This document shows, piece by piece, positions 11,668 through 24,111 of a stretch of 64,000 nucleotides of DNA. Every line of letters begins with the position of its first letter. Position 1 is the first letter of the stretch. The position numbers and the translations under genes were made by a program. Below the pieces are notes generated by a model. It saw only the letters and a program-made list of their open reading frames with translations, was not told where the DNA came from and made no database searches. Source of the DNA: Squalus acanthias (taxonomy: Eukaryota); the NCBI GenBank assembly GCA_030390025.1, contig CM059432.1, positions 70,310,001 to 70,374,000 of the forward strand. The letters run 5' to 3'.

Positions 11668-11880
11668 CTGATAGCGCCTTTCATAACCTCAGGACTTCCC
11701 AAAACGCTTCACTGAAGTACTTTTTAAAGTGTAGTCACTGTTGTAATGTAGGAAACGTGGCAGCCAATTTGCACACAGCAAGATCCCACAAACAGCAATG
11801 AGATAATGACCAGATAATCTGTTTTTAGATGTTGGTTAAGGTACAAGTATTGGCCAGGACACCGGAGAGAACTCCCCTGT
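11668..11880 (-). mobile_element. Deu-domain SINE with L2-type tail
   Basis: atagcgcctttcataacctcaggac...tgtagtcactgttgtaatgtaggaaacgtggcagccaatttgcacacagcaag; homologous to 51691-52015. Confidence 0.75.
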
Positions 11881-12652
11881 TAAAGCTCAAAATAAAAGTT
11901 TTTTTCCCAATTAAACAAAAGGCTAATGACCAATGATTTCTTATCAGAAATTGTGGCACATTTGTAATCAATTCGCAACTGCCCATTGTTTTTTTAGAGC
12001 TCCCCTTGTGAATGGCCATGAAGATTTGATGTTAAAATACTTGACTGATTTTAAACACGCACAATTTTTTTCTCCCCAGCTTTTAAAATCTACTCCACAC
12101 CATGTATAATTCCCTCATCAAGAGGGGATTAAGAGGCCTTCTCTTACGCTTCTGTTAAAGTCACTCCTCAGCAGACTGCTGAAAGTGCAAAAACAACACA
12201 GATCAGCTCACTCTATGATTTTCTTCTTTTCCCTGTGTTTCACTTCCCCCCTCCCCAACAGCTATGTAGAGATCACAAACTCCTTTATGTTGCAATCACA
12301 GTAGATAGCACATTTATGATAGCAGCTTGGAGTGGACTAAACACTTACCTTGATAGACAGATAAGAGGATCATAGTGGAAAGGTAATTCAGCTGTGATCA
12401 TTATAATAACACAAGATTTACTATGAAGATCACACTAATAGGAGGAGGCAGTGGACCTGTGCGTCACCAGAGCAGGAGCAGAGCGAGAGAGGCAGCAACT
12501 CAACAGAGGCAGAATTCGACAGAGTGACGTCAGAGTAGAAAAAGTGACTTTGGCACAAGGGAAGGAGCTGATTGGTGAGTAGCTAGTGAGTGTTTTTTGT
12601 TAAGTTTTATGTTTATTTCTGCTGGGTTAGTTCTCAGTCTATGAACTAGAGG

Positions 12653-13580
12653 CATGGCAGGGTAGCTCAGTCCCATGGAGTGCACATCCTGTGCCGTGTG
12701 GGAAGTCCTGGACGCTTTGCGTAGCCTGGACGACCACATGTGCAGGAAGTGTCACCATCTACGACAGCTCAAGGTCCGTGTTTCAGAGCTTGAGCGGCAG
12801 CTGGAGTCACTGCGGTGCATCCGTGAGGCTGAGAGTTACGTGGATAGCACGTTTCTAGAGGTGGTCACCCCGCAGCTTAAGAGTATGCAGGCAGAGAGGA
12901 AATGGGTGACCGCCAGACAGAAGAGGAGGACCAGGCATGTAGTGCAGGAGTCCCCGGAGTGCATCTCGCTCTCCAACCAGTATTCTGTTCTGAGTACTGG
13001 TGAGGGCGATGGTTCCTCTGGGGAGTGCAGCCAGAGTCAAGTCCACGGCACCACGGGTGGCTCAGTTGCATAGGGTGGAGGAAAAAGAGTGGAAGACCAA
13101 TAGTGGTAGGGGATTCGATAGTTAGGGGAGCAGACAGGCATTTCTGCGGCCGCAGACGTGACTCCAGGATGGTATGTTGCCTCCCTGGTGCCAGGGTCAA
13201 GGATGTCACTGAGCAGCTGCAGGACACTCTAAGTGGGGAGGGTGAACAGCCAGAGGTCGTTGTCCATATTGGTACCAATCACATAGGCAGAAAGAGGGAT
13301 GAGGTCCTGCAGGCAGAGTTTAGGGAGCTAGGAGAGAGATTAAAAAGCAGGACATCAAAGGTAGTAATCTCCAGATTACTCCCGGTGCCACGTGCTAGTA
13401 AGTACAGGAATAGGAGGATAGAACAGATGAATGCGTGGCTGGGAGAGATGGTGCAGGAGGGCACCACCTGCACCTGAGGCATTGGGGCCGTTTCTGGGGA
13501 AGGTGGAACCTGTACAAGCTGGACAGGTTAAACCTCAACAGAGCCGGGACCAATATTCTCGTGGGGAGGTTTGTTAGTGC
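12653..13580 (+). pseudogene. CR1 ORF1: zinc finger/leucine zipper plus SGNH esterase
   Basis: C-x2-C...C-x2-C followed by LRQLKVRVSELERQLESL, then IVVGDSIVRG...CLPGARV...VVVHIGTN. Internal stops and frameshifts. Confidence 0.85.
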
Positions 13581-13760
13581 TGTTGGGGAGGGTTTAAACT
13601 AGCTTGGCAGAGGGATGGGAACCAGGAGTAGAAAAGAGGAATAAGGTGCATAAAAGTGTGAGTGTGTTGGATAGTACTAGAGAAGAAATTAGTACTCGAG
13701 GCGGAAGTAGTACCATATTAGATAGGAGCAGACTAAGAAAGACTACAAAAAATTCAAAAA

Positions 13761-16506
13761 TGGGTTTAGAATGCATGTACGTAAACGCACAAAGTGTGGT
13801 GACTAAGGTTGGTGAGCTACAAGCACAATTAGCCGTGTGGCAATATGATGTTTTGGCAATAACGGAAACGTGGCTTAAAAACGGTGAGGACTGGGCACTT
13901 AATATTCAAGGGTACAAGGTGTTCAGAAAAGATAGGTAAGGAAAAAAGGGAGATGGGGTGGCAGTGCTGATTAAGGAAGACATTGTTGGAAAGGGAGGAT
14001 GTTCTTGAGGGGACAAGGACAGAATCCATTTGGTTAGAGTTGAGGAGCAAAAAGGGTATGATCACATTATTGGGGGTATTCTATAGGCCTCCAAATAGTA
14101 CGAGGGAGGTAGAGGAGCAAATCTGCAGAGAAATCGCAGAGATATGCAAAAGCTATAGAGTGGTGCTATTGGGGGACTTTAATTACCCAAATATCGATTG
14201 GGATAATGCTAGGGTAAAGGGAAAGGAGGGGGAGGAATTTCTGAAATCTGTTCAGGAGAATTTTCTTGACCAGTATGTTCTTGGCCCAAATAGGAAGCTG
14301 GATCTGGTGCTGGGGAATGAAGTGGGCCAGGTCGACCAAGTGTCTGTGGGAGAACACTTGGGTACGAGTGATCATCGTATCAGAAGATTTAGATTAGCAA
14401 TGGAGAGTAGCAAGGAACAATCTAGAGTGGAACTTCTAAACTGGAATAGGGTTAACTTCAATGGGATGCGAAAGGATCTAGCCAGAGTAAAATGGAATCA
14501 AAGACTGACAGGAAAAACTGTGACGGAACAATGGGTGATCTTTAAGGAGGAGATGTTCCAAGTACAGGCTAGGTACATTCCAACAAGAGGGAAGGATAAA
14601 GGAACCAAAGCAAGGGTTCCTTGGATGATGAGGGAGATAGAGAAGATGATGAAACCAAAAAAGAGGGTGTATGATGCATGTCAGGTGAATTCTTCAAGGG
14701 AGAACCAGACCAAATACAATAAGTTGAGAGGGGAAGTGAAGGTGAAAATAAGATTGGCAAAGAGAGAATATGAGAGTAGAATGGCAGTTAACATAAAAGG
14801 GAACCCAAAAATCTTCTACCGGCATGCAAAGAGTAAGCAGGTAGTAAGAGGCAGGGTGGGGCGTATTAGGGACAAAGAAGGTGATATATGCTTAGAGGCG
14901 CCATGCAAGGCTAGAATACTCAATGAGTACTTTGTATCGGTGTTCACTAAGGAGGTGGATGCTGACAAAATATCGGTAGAAGTAGAAAAGTTAAAAGCAA
15001 TGGAAGGGGTGAAAACTGATAGACAGGATGTACTCGAAAGGCTGGGTATGCTTAGAGTGGATAAGTCGCCTGGTCCAGATGGCTTGCATCCCAGGTTGCT
15101 AAGGGAATTGGGGGAGGAGCTAGCAGAAGGGCTTGCCATAATTTTTCAATATTCCCTAGATGACAGGGGGGTGCCTGAGGATTGGAAAGTGGCAAATGTG
15201 ACACCATTGTTCAAGAAAGGGTGTAAGGGCAATCCTAGTAACTACAGGCCGGTCAGTTTAACATCAGTGCTGGGTAAAGTTTTAGAAACAATAATCAAGG
15301 AAAAAATTAATGGGCACTTGGAGAGGTTTAAGCTAATTAAGGAGAACCAACATGGATTTGTAAAAAGGCAGATCATGTTTGACTAATCTAATTGAATTTT
15401 TTGATGAAGTAACAGGGAGGATTGATGAAGGGAATGCAATGATTGTTGTCTACATGGATTTTCGGAAGGCGTTTGACAAAGTACCACATAGAAGGCTGGT
15501 TAACAAAATTGAGGCTCATGGAATAGGTGGGTCAGTGGCAGCTTGGATAAGGAATTGGCTTAAGGACAGAAAACAGCGAGTTGTGGTAAATGGCTGTTTT
15601 TCAGACTGGAGGATGGTAGACAATGGTGTTCCCCAAGGGTCAGTGCTGGGGGCTTGGCTTTTTTTGATATATATAAATGACCTGGATATTGGAATACAGA
15701 GTAGAATTTCTAAATTTGCCGATGACACCAAACTTGGGGGTGTGGTGAACAGTGATGATGATACCAATCGACTGCAACAGGACATGGAAAGGCTAGCAAA
15801 TGGGCAGACGAGTGGCAGATGGAATTTAAAACAGAGAAATGTGAGGTGATGCATTTTGGCAGAAGGAACAGGGAGAGGCAATATACACTTAATGGCACAG
15901 TTTTAAAGAGTGTGCAGGGACAGAGGGACCGGAGAGTTAATGTGCATAGGTCCATGAAGGTGGCAGGACATATTGAGAGAGTGGTTAGCAAAGCATATGG
16001 GATCTTGGGCTTCATAAATAGAGGTATTGAGTACAAAAGTAGAGAAGTTATGCTGAACCTTTATAAAGCACTGGTTAGGCCACAACTGGAGTATTGCATC
16101 CAGTTCTGGTCACCACACTTTAGGAAGGATGTGAAGGCCCTTGAGTGGGTGCAGAGGAGATCCGGGGCTGGGGGATCTTAGCTACAAGGACAGGTTGGAG
16201 AAGCTGGATTTGTTTTCATTAGAGCAAAGGAGGTTGAGGGGTGATTTGGTAGAGGTGTACACGATTATGACGGGTTTGGATAGGCTAGACGGGGAGAGGC
16301 TGTTCCCACTAGTTGATGGTACAAGGACTAGGGGACACAAATTTAAGGTTTTGGGCAAGAGATACAGGGGGGATGTGAGGAAAAACTTTTTTACACAGCG
16401 AGTGGTGAGGATCTGGAACTCGCTGCCGATGGAAGTGATGGAAGCGGAGACACTCGATGTTTTCAAGGGGAGACTGGATAGGCACCTGAGGGAAATCAAC
16501 TTGTAG
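13761..16506 (+). pseudogene. CR1 ORF2: APE endonuclease plus reverse transcriptase
   Basis: YVNAQS, ITETWL, YRPP, GDFN, SDH (endonuclease); [39 protein letters not shown] (RT). Stops and frameshifts near 13937, 15380, 15800 and 16160. Confidence 0.92.
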
Positions 16507-16649
16507 GGCTATGGGGATAGAGCGGGGGAATGGGACTGACTGGATTGCTCTGCAGAGAGCTGGCACGGACTCGATGGACTGAATGGCCTCCTTCTGTGCC
16601 GTTATGACTCTAATATCATCGTGCATATGAAACCACTCTGCATAGTACG

Positions 16650-16975
16650 AAATTATCCAGACCAAAAGGTTCAGGTTCGATTTCAGGTCTGTGCTGAGTT
16701 AGCTGATCTCAGATAGTACAGCAATTGGGTGATTACAATTAAGCTCAGCACCTCAGGCCAGGGAAGGAAAACCACAGCCAAGGTTCCCACTCCTGATTGC
16801 TATCTTGTTCCTACTGGAATGTGCACTGTGTGCAAATGTCGGGTAAGATGCTCAGGTGCGATGCCCTTCGGTGTCAAATGAATTTACTGTCCAGGCTCAT
16901 ATATGAAAGGATGGCTATGTGGTCAAAGGTGTTAGAGTACTACAGCACTTGGAGAATCACACACCAGAAGGTGTT
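16650..16975 (+). mobile_element. Old tRNA-derived SINE
   Basis: B-box-like ggttcgattt followed by ggtctgtgctgagttagctgatctcag; a related reverse copy lies at about 62400-62620. Confidence 0.55.
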
Positions 16976-18409
16976 AGCACACCCAGGAGATGAAGGGAGA
17001 AAATTGGCTGAAAAAATCCCTCAAAAACACCATTCAGCATAAAATATGAAATGTCTTCACTTCTTTGAGAACACAAGTTTTAATGTAGTAAAACAGATAA
17101 TATTTATCACTTTACCACCATAAGTGGCTAAACACTTCCCATTGAAAATAACATTGCTTAAATTTCTGGGTGTAAAGTGTTGAATCAGTGTTTAATTAAG
17201 CTATGCTCTATGCATACCCAATTCAAAAGCCAGGTGTGTAGTAAAACAATTACTATTTACTTACTCAGAATGAAAAGGACAAATTACTCATCTTCTTTTC
17301 AACTGAAATTATCAATAAGTTCACCTTCTCCATCTATATACTATTGATCTGCCAAACTTTTTATGAAGTTACAGAATTTGAATAGAGCTATATCTGAATA
17401 TGTCCCTATTAAATTTATAGCTGAAAAGTCATATATATGATTGTATCTGAAATGACCTTTGCAAGCTCACTCAAAACCACTGTGATAAGATTTGAGGTCT
17501 ACTATGTTTGAATTTCTACAGATTTAGAATCTAGGTACTCAAGAGAGATAGCAATACAGCACTTCTGTACCACGACACTGCTGTCTTGAAGTGAGTAAAG
17601 CACATTAAAAGCATTTGCTGAAGTCCCATTGATAATCTTTACTCAGGGCCAATACCAGTGTCATGTCAAATCAGTATGTAAACCTAACTAACCTCCACTC
17701 ATTGTATGTTGCTGGAGAAATCACCCTGCTTTTGATATGTTATTTAAAACTGGCACTGCAGCAGCAGTTGCAGTTAGCTTTATTTGACTGATATTTCATG
17801 CCTTTGCTACAGTATCTAGGAATTCTAGTTTCAGACAACCTACTTATAAAATTTCTGTCTGAGCAGAATCATCTACAGGATGCACTTGAGTTCAAAATAA
17901 CCTGAGAGATCTCACTAGGAGCATGGAGGAGTCCACCAGCTGGATCTGTGTAGTCATGGATGAATAATTGCACTGCAGTCTGCTGTGGAATGCACGGCAA
18001 ATCTCGGAGCATCTGCAGCAGAGCCCATAGTGCCATAGGTCTTGAACCTGGTGGGGTATCTCTCAATTAATGCTCAGACAGCGACTGTGGAGACCTTGGG
18101 CTTCAATATGGTGGGTGATCATATTCAGGGAATTTTGTAGTAGGGATTCACAGTCCTCATTACTATCCAGATCTGTGCTCTGTGTATATACAAGTTGGGT
18201 AGTTTCCAACAGCGCAATGCCTGACCTATGCTGGAATTGGGGGGAGGAAATTTAGCCCTGTAAAGTTTTGGATCCTGCTACAGGATAGTTTGTGACTTCA
18301 GCTAGTAATGGAAGGTCCCAGGTGACAGGTTCACTAATGATATCCTCCATAGTCTTGTGGAAGGGCAATTGCAAGGCAATGTTGTTGAAGGGTATCACAG
18401 CCCACAACA

Positions 18410-19212
18410 CAAGTGGCAGGTAACATTCGCGCCACAGAAGTGCCAGACAATGACTATCTCCAACAAGTGAGAGTCTAACCACCTCTCCTTGACATTCAAC
18501 GGCATTACCATCGCTGAATCCCCCACCATCAACATCCTGGGGGGGTCACCATTGACCAGAGATTTAACTGGACCAGCCACACAAATACTGTGGCAACAAG
18601 AGCAGGTCAGAGGCTAGGTATTCTGTGGCGAGTGTCTCTCCTCCTGACTCCACAAAGCCTTTCCACCATCTACAAGGCACAATGAAGGAGTGTGATGGAA
18701 TACTCTCCACTTGCCTGGATGAGTGCAGCTCCAACAACACTCAAGAAGCTCGACACCATCCAGGACAAAACAGCCCGTTTGATTGGCACCCCATCCACCA
18801 CCTTAAACATTCACTCCCTCCACCACCGGCGTACCGTGGATGCAGTGTGTACCATCTACAAGATGCACTGCAGCAACTCGCCAAGGCTTCTTCGGCAGCA
18901 CCTCCCAAACCCGCGACCTCTTCCACCTAGAAGGACAAGGGCAGCAGGCGCATGGTAACACCACCACCTCCAGGTTCCCCTCCAAGTCACACACCATCCT
19001 GACTTAGAAGTATATCGCCGATCCTTCATCGTCGCTGGGTCAAAATCCTGGAACTCCCTACCTAACAGCACTGTGGGGCTACCTTCACCACACGGACTGC
19101 AGCGGTTCAAGAAGGCAGCTCACCACCACCTTCTCAAGGGCAAATAGGGAAGGGCAATAAATGCTGGCCTTGCCAGCGATGCCCACATCCCATAAGCGAA
19201 TTTGAAAAAAAA
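18410..19212 (+). mobile_element. 3' fragment of a CR1/L2-group LINE (family C) with A-tail
   Basis: KWQVTFAP.KC and MEYSPLAWMSAAPTTLKKLDTIQDK.ARLIG...SLHHRR (post-RT domain); ends aatgctggccttgccagcgatgcccacatcccat...aaaaaaaa. Confidence 0.8.
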
Positions 19213-21639
19213 AGCATGCAAGCATAGCAACACATAACTGACATGATGAATGCAATGTCTGCTACCCATCACACTTGATGGGAAGTGCAAAAAAGGATGC
19301 ATAACCTGAAGAGCAGTGCAAAGCTAGGTGCTCTTAGCTGAGGTCACAGTTGTCCTTATTTGGGCATAATGGCTTGTTGTGACTTTCATAAGGATAGCCA
19401 TGAATGACTACTCATAAAGAATTACCCTCTACAGGAAGTAATATCATGATTTGTCTAGATGAAGAGTGACAGTTCATTCAAATAGCGCTGCAGCAGCTTT
19501 AATATTAACCATAATTTGTTTGTGTACAATATTACTGTATAGAGAATTCACTGAACCAATTACTATATTTTCCCTTTTGCAGAATAAGTTGGCATTTAGT
19601 AAAAAGGAGCCACAGGCAACTGGAAGTGGAATGGCCAGATCGGCATACTAACCATGTTTGAAGAGGTAATTGCCAATGTGATAGGTTGCAAGACCTTAGA
19701 GGATATAATTGATGCGGAGGCAGGTGTAATAGCCTGAATCTCCTGGTAAGGCCCTTCAGTAGCACATCTCCTCAGCCTGGCCTGCACAGTAAATGCAGCA
19801 TCCCACTGCTGCCAACACAACTGCTCTCAGTCCTTAAGCCATATAGATAACATGGCATGTGAACTCCTAAAATTCCTTCTTTTCTTTTTCCAGAAACATC
19901 AAAAGGAATAGAGCCAGAGCAGGGCCATCCTGCAAACAGGGGCCCATAATGTACCCAACTCAAGCACCATTCCAGACACACTCTCGAAGAAGGACCAAGT
20001 CAGTTATTTAAAGGAGGTATCACAGGATGATGTATGGAGTATGCATGAGAAAGAGACAGAGAAGGCAGCTGGGTTTCATGGCAGTGTGCCTGCATGGTCG
20101 CTGGCCTGCTTTGAAAAGAAGGATGTTGTGTCTGCAGCAACAGAGATTTGAGCCACTTAGCTCTATGTGTGACCTGCTGATATTCATAAAGTGTGGGTGT
20201 GAGATACACACACACACAGTTCACTATCACCATGAATAACCTTATGGGTGCCATCATGAAACATGTATCTGACCTCCAAATGGTCTTTGCCAACTTAACT
20301 ATGTCAGTGACATCTGCAATGGAACTTCTGGATACACACACAAATAGGACACACTTTTCTCATGGATGTTAACATTGATGTCTTGTAGACAACAATCCAA
20401 AACATTATAGTTACCAGCTTTGGCATACTTGGAACAAAATTACAGATAACCATTAATGTGGATATTAGTGAGCTATGGGATTATATTGCTCTATGCTTGC
20501 AAAGCTCTCTGGTCACTTTGAGGATTCACCCTCAAATAGGAGCATGTAGCATCACAAAGATGCCTCTCGTGTCAGCACTGGTAACACATATGACTGTGCA
20601 CAAGTGGCTACTGATGCTCCCAAACCATGTTAGGCTGCTAGGTGTCAGCACAAGATATGGCTGCAACAATTGCTGGCCCTCAAGAGCTAAAGCGTATAGA
20701 GCTAACTTGCCAGCAGAACCTCAAGGAGTTATTTTGCAGACCTTGCAGTTAGTCCCAGAACCTCTTCCTTCCATTAGGTTTTTACATAGGAAGAGAGCAC
20801 AAGCTAAAGGACATCAAACTAGCACATGATGCTCAAGGGGACACCATAGTACACATACTTTCTGCACAGTCACTTTTCCACTATGCAGGGTACCTGTTAG
20901 GTTAATTGCAAAGAGAATGGGAGCTGTTAGGTGAAGCTCAGAGCAATTAATAGCTGCTACAATAACTTAGTGCATCATGAAGGCAGGAAGGTCTATAGTG
21001 AGATAAATGGATGGCATCCTTCCACAAGGGTGTGATCCAAAATCATTTCCCTGTTGACTAAAGTCTGTCATCAATCACAGTCAAAAGAATTCCATGGGCT
21101 AGTGCTGACGACTGACAAGTGCAGGAAACCTATGTCGGCATCCTCAGGTACTGAAAAGAACACTATACTGAGCTGCTGTCTGACCCAATAGTAAGGATCC
21201 ATCTGTATGGAAGTTGGAAAACCCAGTGGAATATACTGCATCAAACTAGGTCAATGGGAGAAAATGGACTCCATGCTATGTCTTTTATCTAATGGTTGGG
21301 TGTGAATGAAATTCATCTTGAATTCCTAAGAGCTGCAATGGGAGGGGTGAATGTCAATGATCTTGGAGAACAGCAACAGAAACCACCACATTGCCTTGGG
21401 GGTACCCTCTGAGGCTGGAGAATAGGATCCTGTTGGAGTAACACATACTCTCAATGTTCCAGCGTGCAGATGTAGCTTTTATTTGCGAAAAGGGGAATGG
21501 ATTCCAGTGAGCTTGAAAATGACGGAAGAATCTCATTGATATCAGTGCTTCTTAAGGTAGTTGTTTGGGTTGTTGTGACACATGTATTGGAGGTTTGTAA
21601 AGTATTCAGAAAGGCTTTAAACTACATAACAGTGGATTA

Positions 21640-22322
21640 TAAGACTCAGGGAAAACCTATTTACATTGTTTTTATAAATTTTCATCAAACTTTGGACCTT
21701 GTGCTTCATGGTTCATTGAAGAGGTGACAGATATGGTGGGTGTGGGAAAAGCAGTGGATGTGGTGTCCATGAATTTTCAGAAAACCTTGATGAGGTACCA
21801 CACAGAAGACTATTGCAGAAGATTAAGGGGTTTTGAATTAGGGAGATGATATCAAATTGGTTTAAAAACTGGTTAGAAGGAGGAAAACAAGAGTGGGAGT
21901 TAAGACTAGTTTGTCAGAATGGTTGGATAGTGGTGTCCCACAGAGCTCTGTTCTGAGACTACTTGTGTTTACTGTTTACATCAATGATTTGGATATAGAG
22001 CGAGAGGGACTGGTGTCCAAATTTGCAGACAATGCTAAAATAAGAGGCATAATAAATAATTCTGATGATCAAAGGAAGCTGCAAGGAAATGGTGGACTGG
22101 GCAAAAAAGTGGCAGATGGTATTCAATGTCAGTAAATGTGAGCTGGAACATTTTGTTAAAAAAAAAGTCATAATTATATGTTGAATGGGGGGAAAACTGA
22201 GTGATATGGAAGAAGGTTCATGTTCACAAGACTTTAAAAGCAGCAATTCAAGTGTATAAGGCCATTAAAAAAAAAACTAATGGAATACTGGGCTTTATGG
22301 CAAGAGGTATAGAATGTTAAAG
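21640..22322 (+). mobile_element. Old degraded CR1 RT fragments
   Basis: ORF 21893..22135: SGVPQSSVL.LLVF.VYINDLD...SKFADNAKI. Confidence 0.75.
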
Positions 22323-22947
22323 GGTGTGCTCCTAAAGGGATAGAGTTTGCAGTCCATATCGGGCAAACCTGTGTGGATTTCTCAGTAGCTTGGTTTGAAG
22401 ACTTAAGAACAGTAATGGGCTTCTGTGTGTGTCAGACATCTTTGCATACACTATGACAGAAATAAAAATATTTGACAGAATTAATACTTTCCAGAAAGAC
22501 ATTTTATAATTACAATTAACATGAAAAATGAAAAGAGAGTATCAATGATAAGAATACATATGGGCATGACATGTAACAACAGTACAGGTGGAGGTAAAGG
22601 GAGTTCAACTGAATGAACTGCATGAATGTGCCATGTTGAAAGATCCTCTACGTCAAAAAAAAATTACTCCAAGTTCGACAGACTAATCTTTCCCCGTGCT
22701 CTGGCATCTCTGCTTCATGTGAATCCTAGGCATTCCCCTCCTCCCCGTGTTGGTGCTGTTGACTAGATTTGAGTTCATGTCTGTAATTGGAAGTGGTTCC
22801 CATGTGGTGAGTTTCCAGTGAAAGGTGATAGGCAGAGGTGAGAGTTTCTCTAAGGGAGGGCGAGAAAATCAGAGTATCAGAGAATTCAGCACATCTTAGC
22901 AGCCAGTTACAGAGAAGCTTAGGCAGAGCATAGGAGCAAGACCTTGG

Positions 22948-23935
22948 CTAAAACACGGCAACCAATTTATGCACAGCAAGGTCCCCCAAACAGCAATGAG
23001 ATAAATGACCAGATAATCTGTTTTGGTGGTGTTAGTTGGGGATAAATATTGACCAGGACACCGGAAAACTCCCCAGCTGTTCTTCAGTAGTGCCATGTGA
23101 AGGGAAGGAGTTAACAAGCTTAAGGCATTGTGAATTTAAAACAAAAATCGCTGGACAATTACAAAACAGAATTAGAGTCGAAAAACAACTGACAAGAACA
23201 AAATGAGTAAACTTAAAACAATCCTTGGAATCATTGGGAAAAACAAGAACTATTGTCTGGGCAAGACAGTGGAAGACCGTTGATGGTTGCACCTGGTTTT
23301 AGCACAATCTGGGGAAGTTTAATGACGCACAAACAAATAGCCAACCGTCCATCTTTGCATCTGCAGTATTTTGCTATTGTCCATCTTTGATGCCTAGCAA
23401 TAGTGGGTGGCTGGCCACAATGTGACTTCCACTAACGTTTACTCACACCCCAACTAGCAAGAACCATATAAAAATGAGACACGTGGCGGGTCCGGCACTG
23501 CAGTCGATGGAGCCTGAAGAAGCTTCGCCTAGAGGAGGACGTCCAACCAGAAGAACCTCAAGAGCGACGAGAGCTGATCACTGTACTGCCTTGATACTTA
23601 ACTTCTTGGTTAAGGTCGTATGTATTGCTTGAAGCATGTGTGAATTGTTAAATCATTAAAAATAACTTTTGATTAACTAAAGAACAGAGTAGTGTGACGT
23701 TCTTTGGCTGCCTACTGTCCAGGTCCACAAATCACTGGATCATCTGTATCCCTACACATGGGATCATTTATGTCCACCTGAGAGCGAAGATGGGGCTTTG
23801 GTTTAACATCTCCTCCAAAAGGCAGCACCTCTAACAGTGCAGCACTCCCTCAGTACTGCACTGAGGTGTCAGCCTTGGTTATGTGCTCAAGTCTCTGGAG
23901 TGGGGCTTGAGCCCATGGCTACCACTGAGCCAAGG
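22948..23935 (-). mobile_element. Deu-domain SINE split by a solo LTR
   Basis: SINE sequence gtagtgccatg (23087-23097) resumes as catgggatcatttatgtccacctgagag (23757 onward), collinear with the intact copy at 51691-52015. Confidence 0.8.
23098..23756 (+). mobile_element. Solo LTR (659 bp)
   Basis: TGAAGGGA...TCCCTACA terminal inverted repeat (7/8), 4-bp TSD CATG, TATA-like catataaaaa near 23465 and attaaa near 23655. Confidence 0.85.
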
Positions 23936-24111
23936 TATTAGAATACTAAATGCAATTTGCTCATTCAAATATTTGTTAATACATTGGACTTAGATTTGTT
24001 TGTAAACCTGAACATTTTTGTCGGGTAAAAAATGTTTACAGCATTATTTATGTAATAGAACAAGAATTTCAGCACCCCACGGATCCTATTCTTTGTATTT
24101 TAGAGATCAAT

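Larger units (their letters stand above)
12441..16610 (+). mobile_element. Full-length CR1 LINE (family B), inactivated
   Basis: 5' UTR, ORF1, ORF2 and 3' tail, flanked by the direct repeat (C)TAATA at 12435-12440 and 16610-16615. Confidence 0.92.

Noticed and set aside
12220..12395. Host exon suggested by a polypyrimidine tract plus CAG at 12260 (+) or a GTAAGT donor near 12348 (-)
   Set aside because: The + strand candidate meets a stop before its donor in the longest frame, the - strand candidate is 43 nt with no recognisable peptide, and no partner exons are supported.
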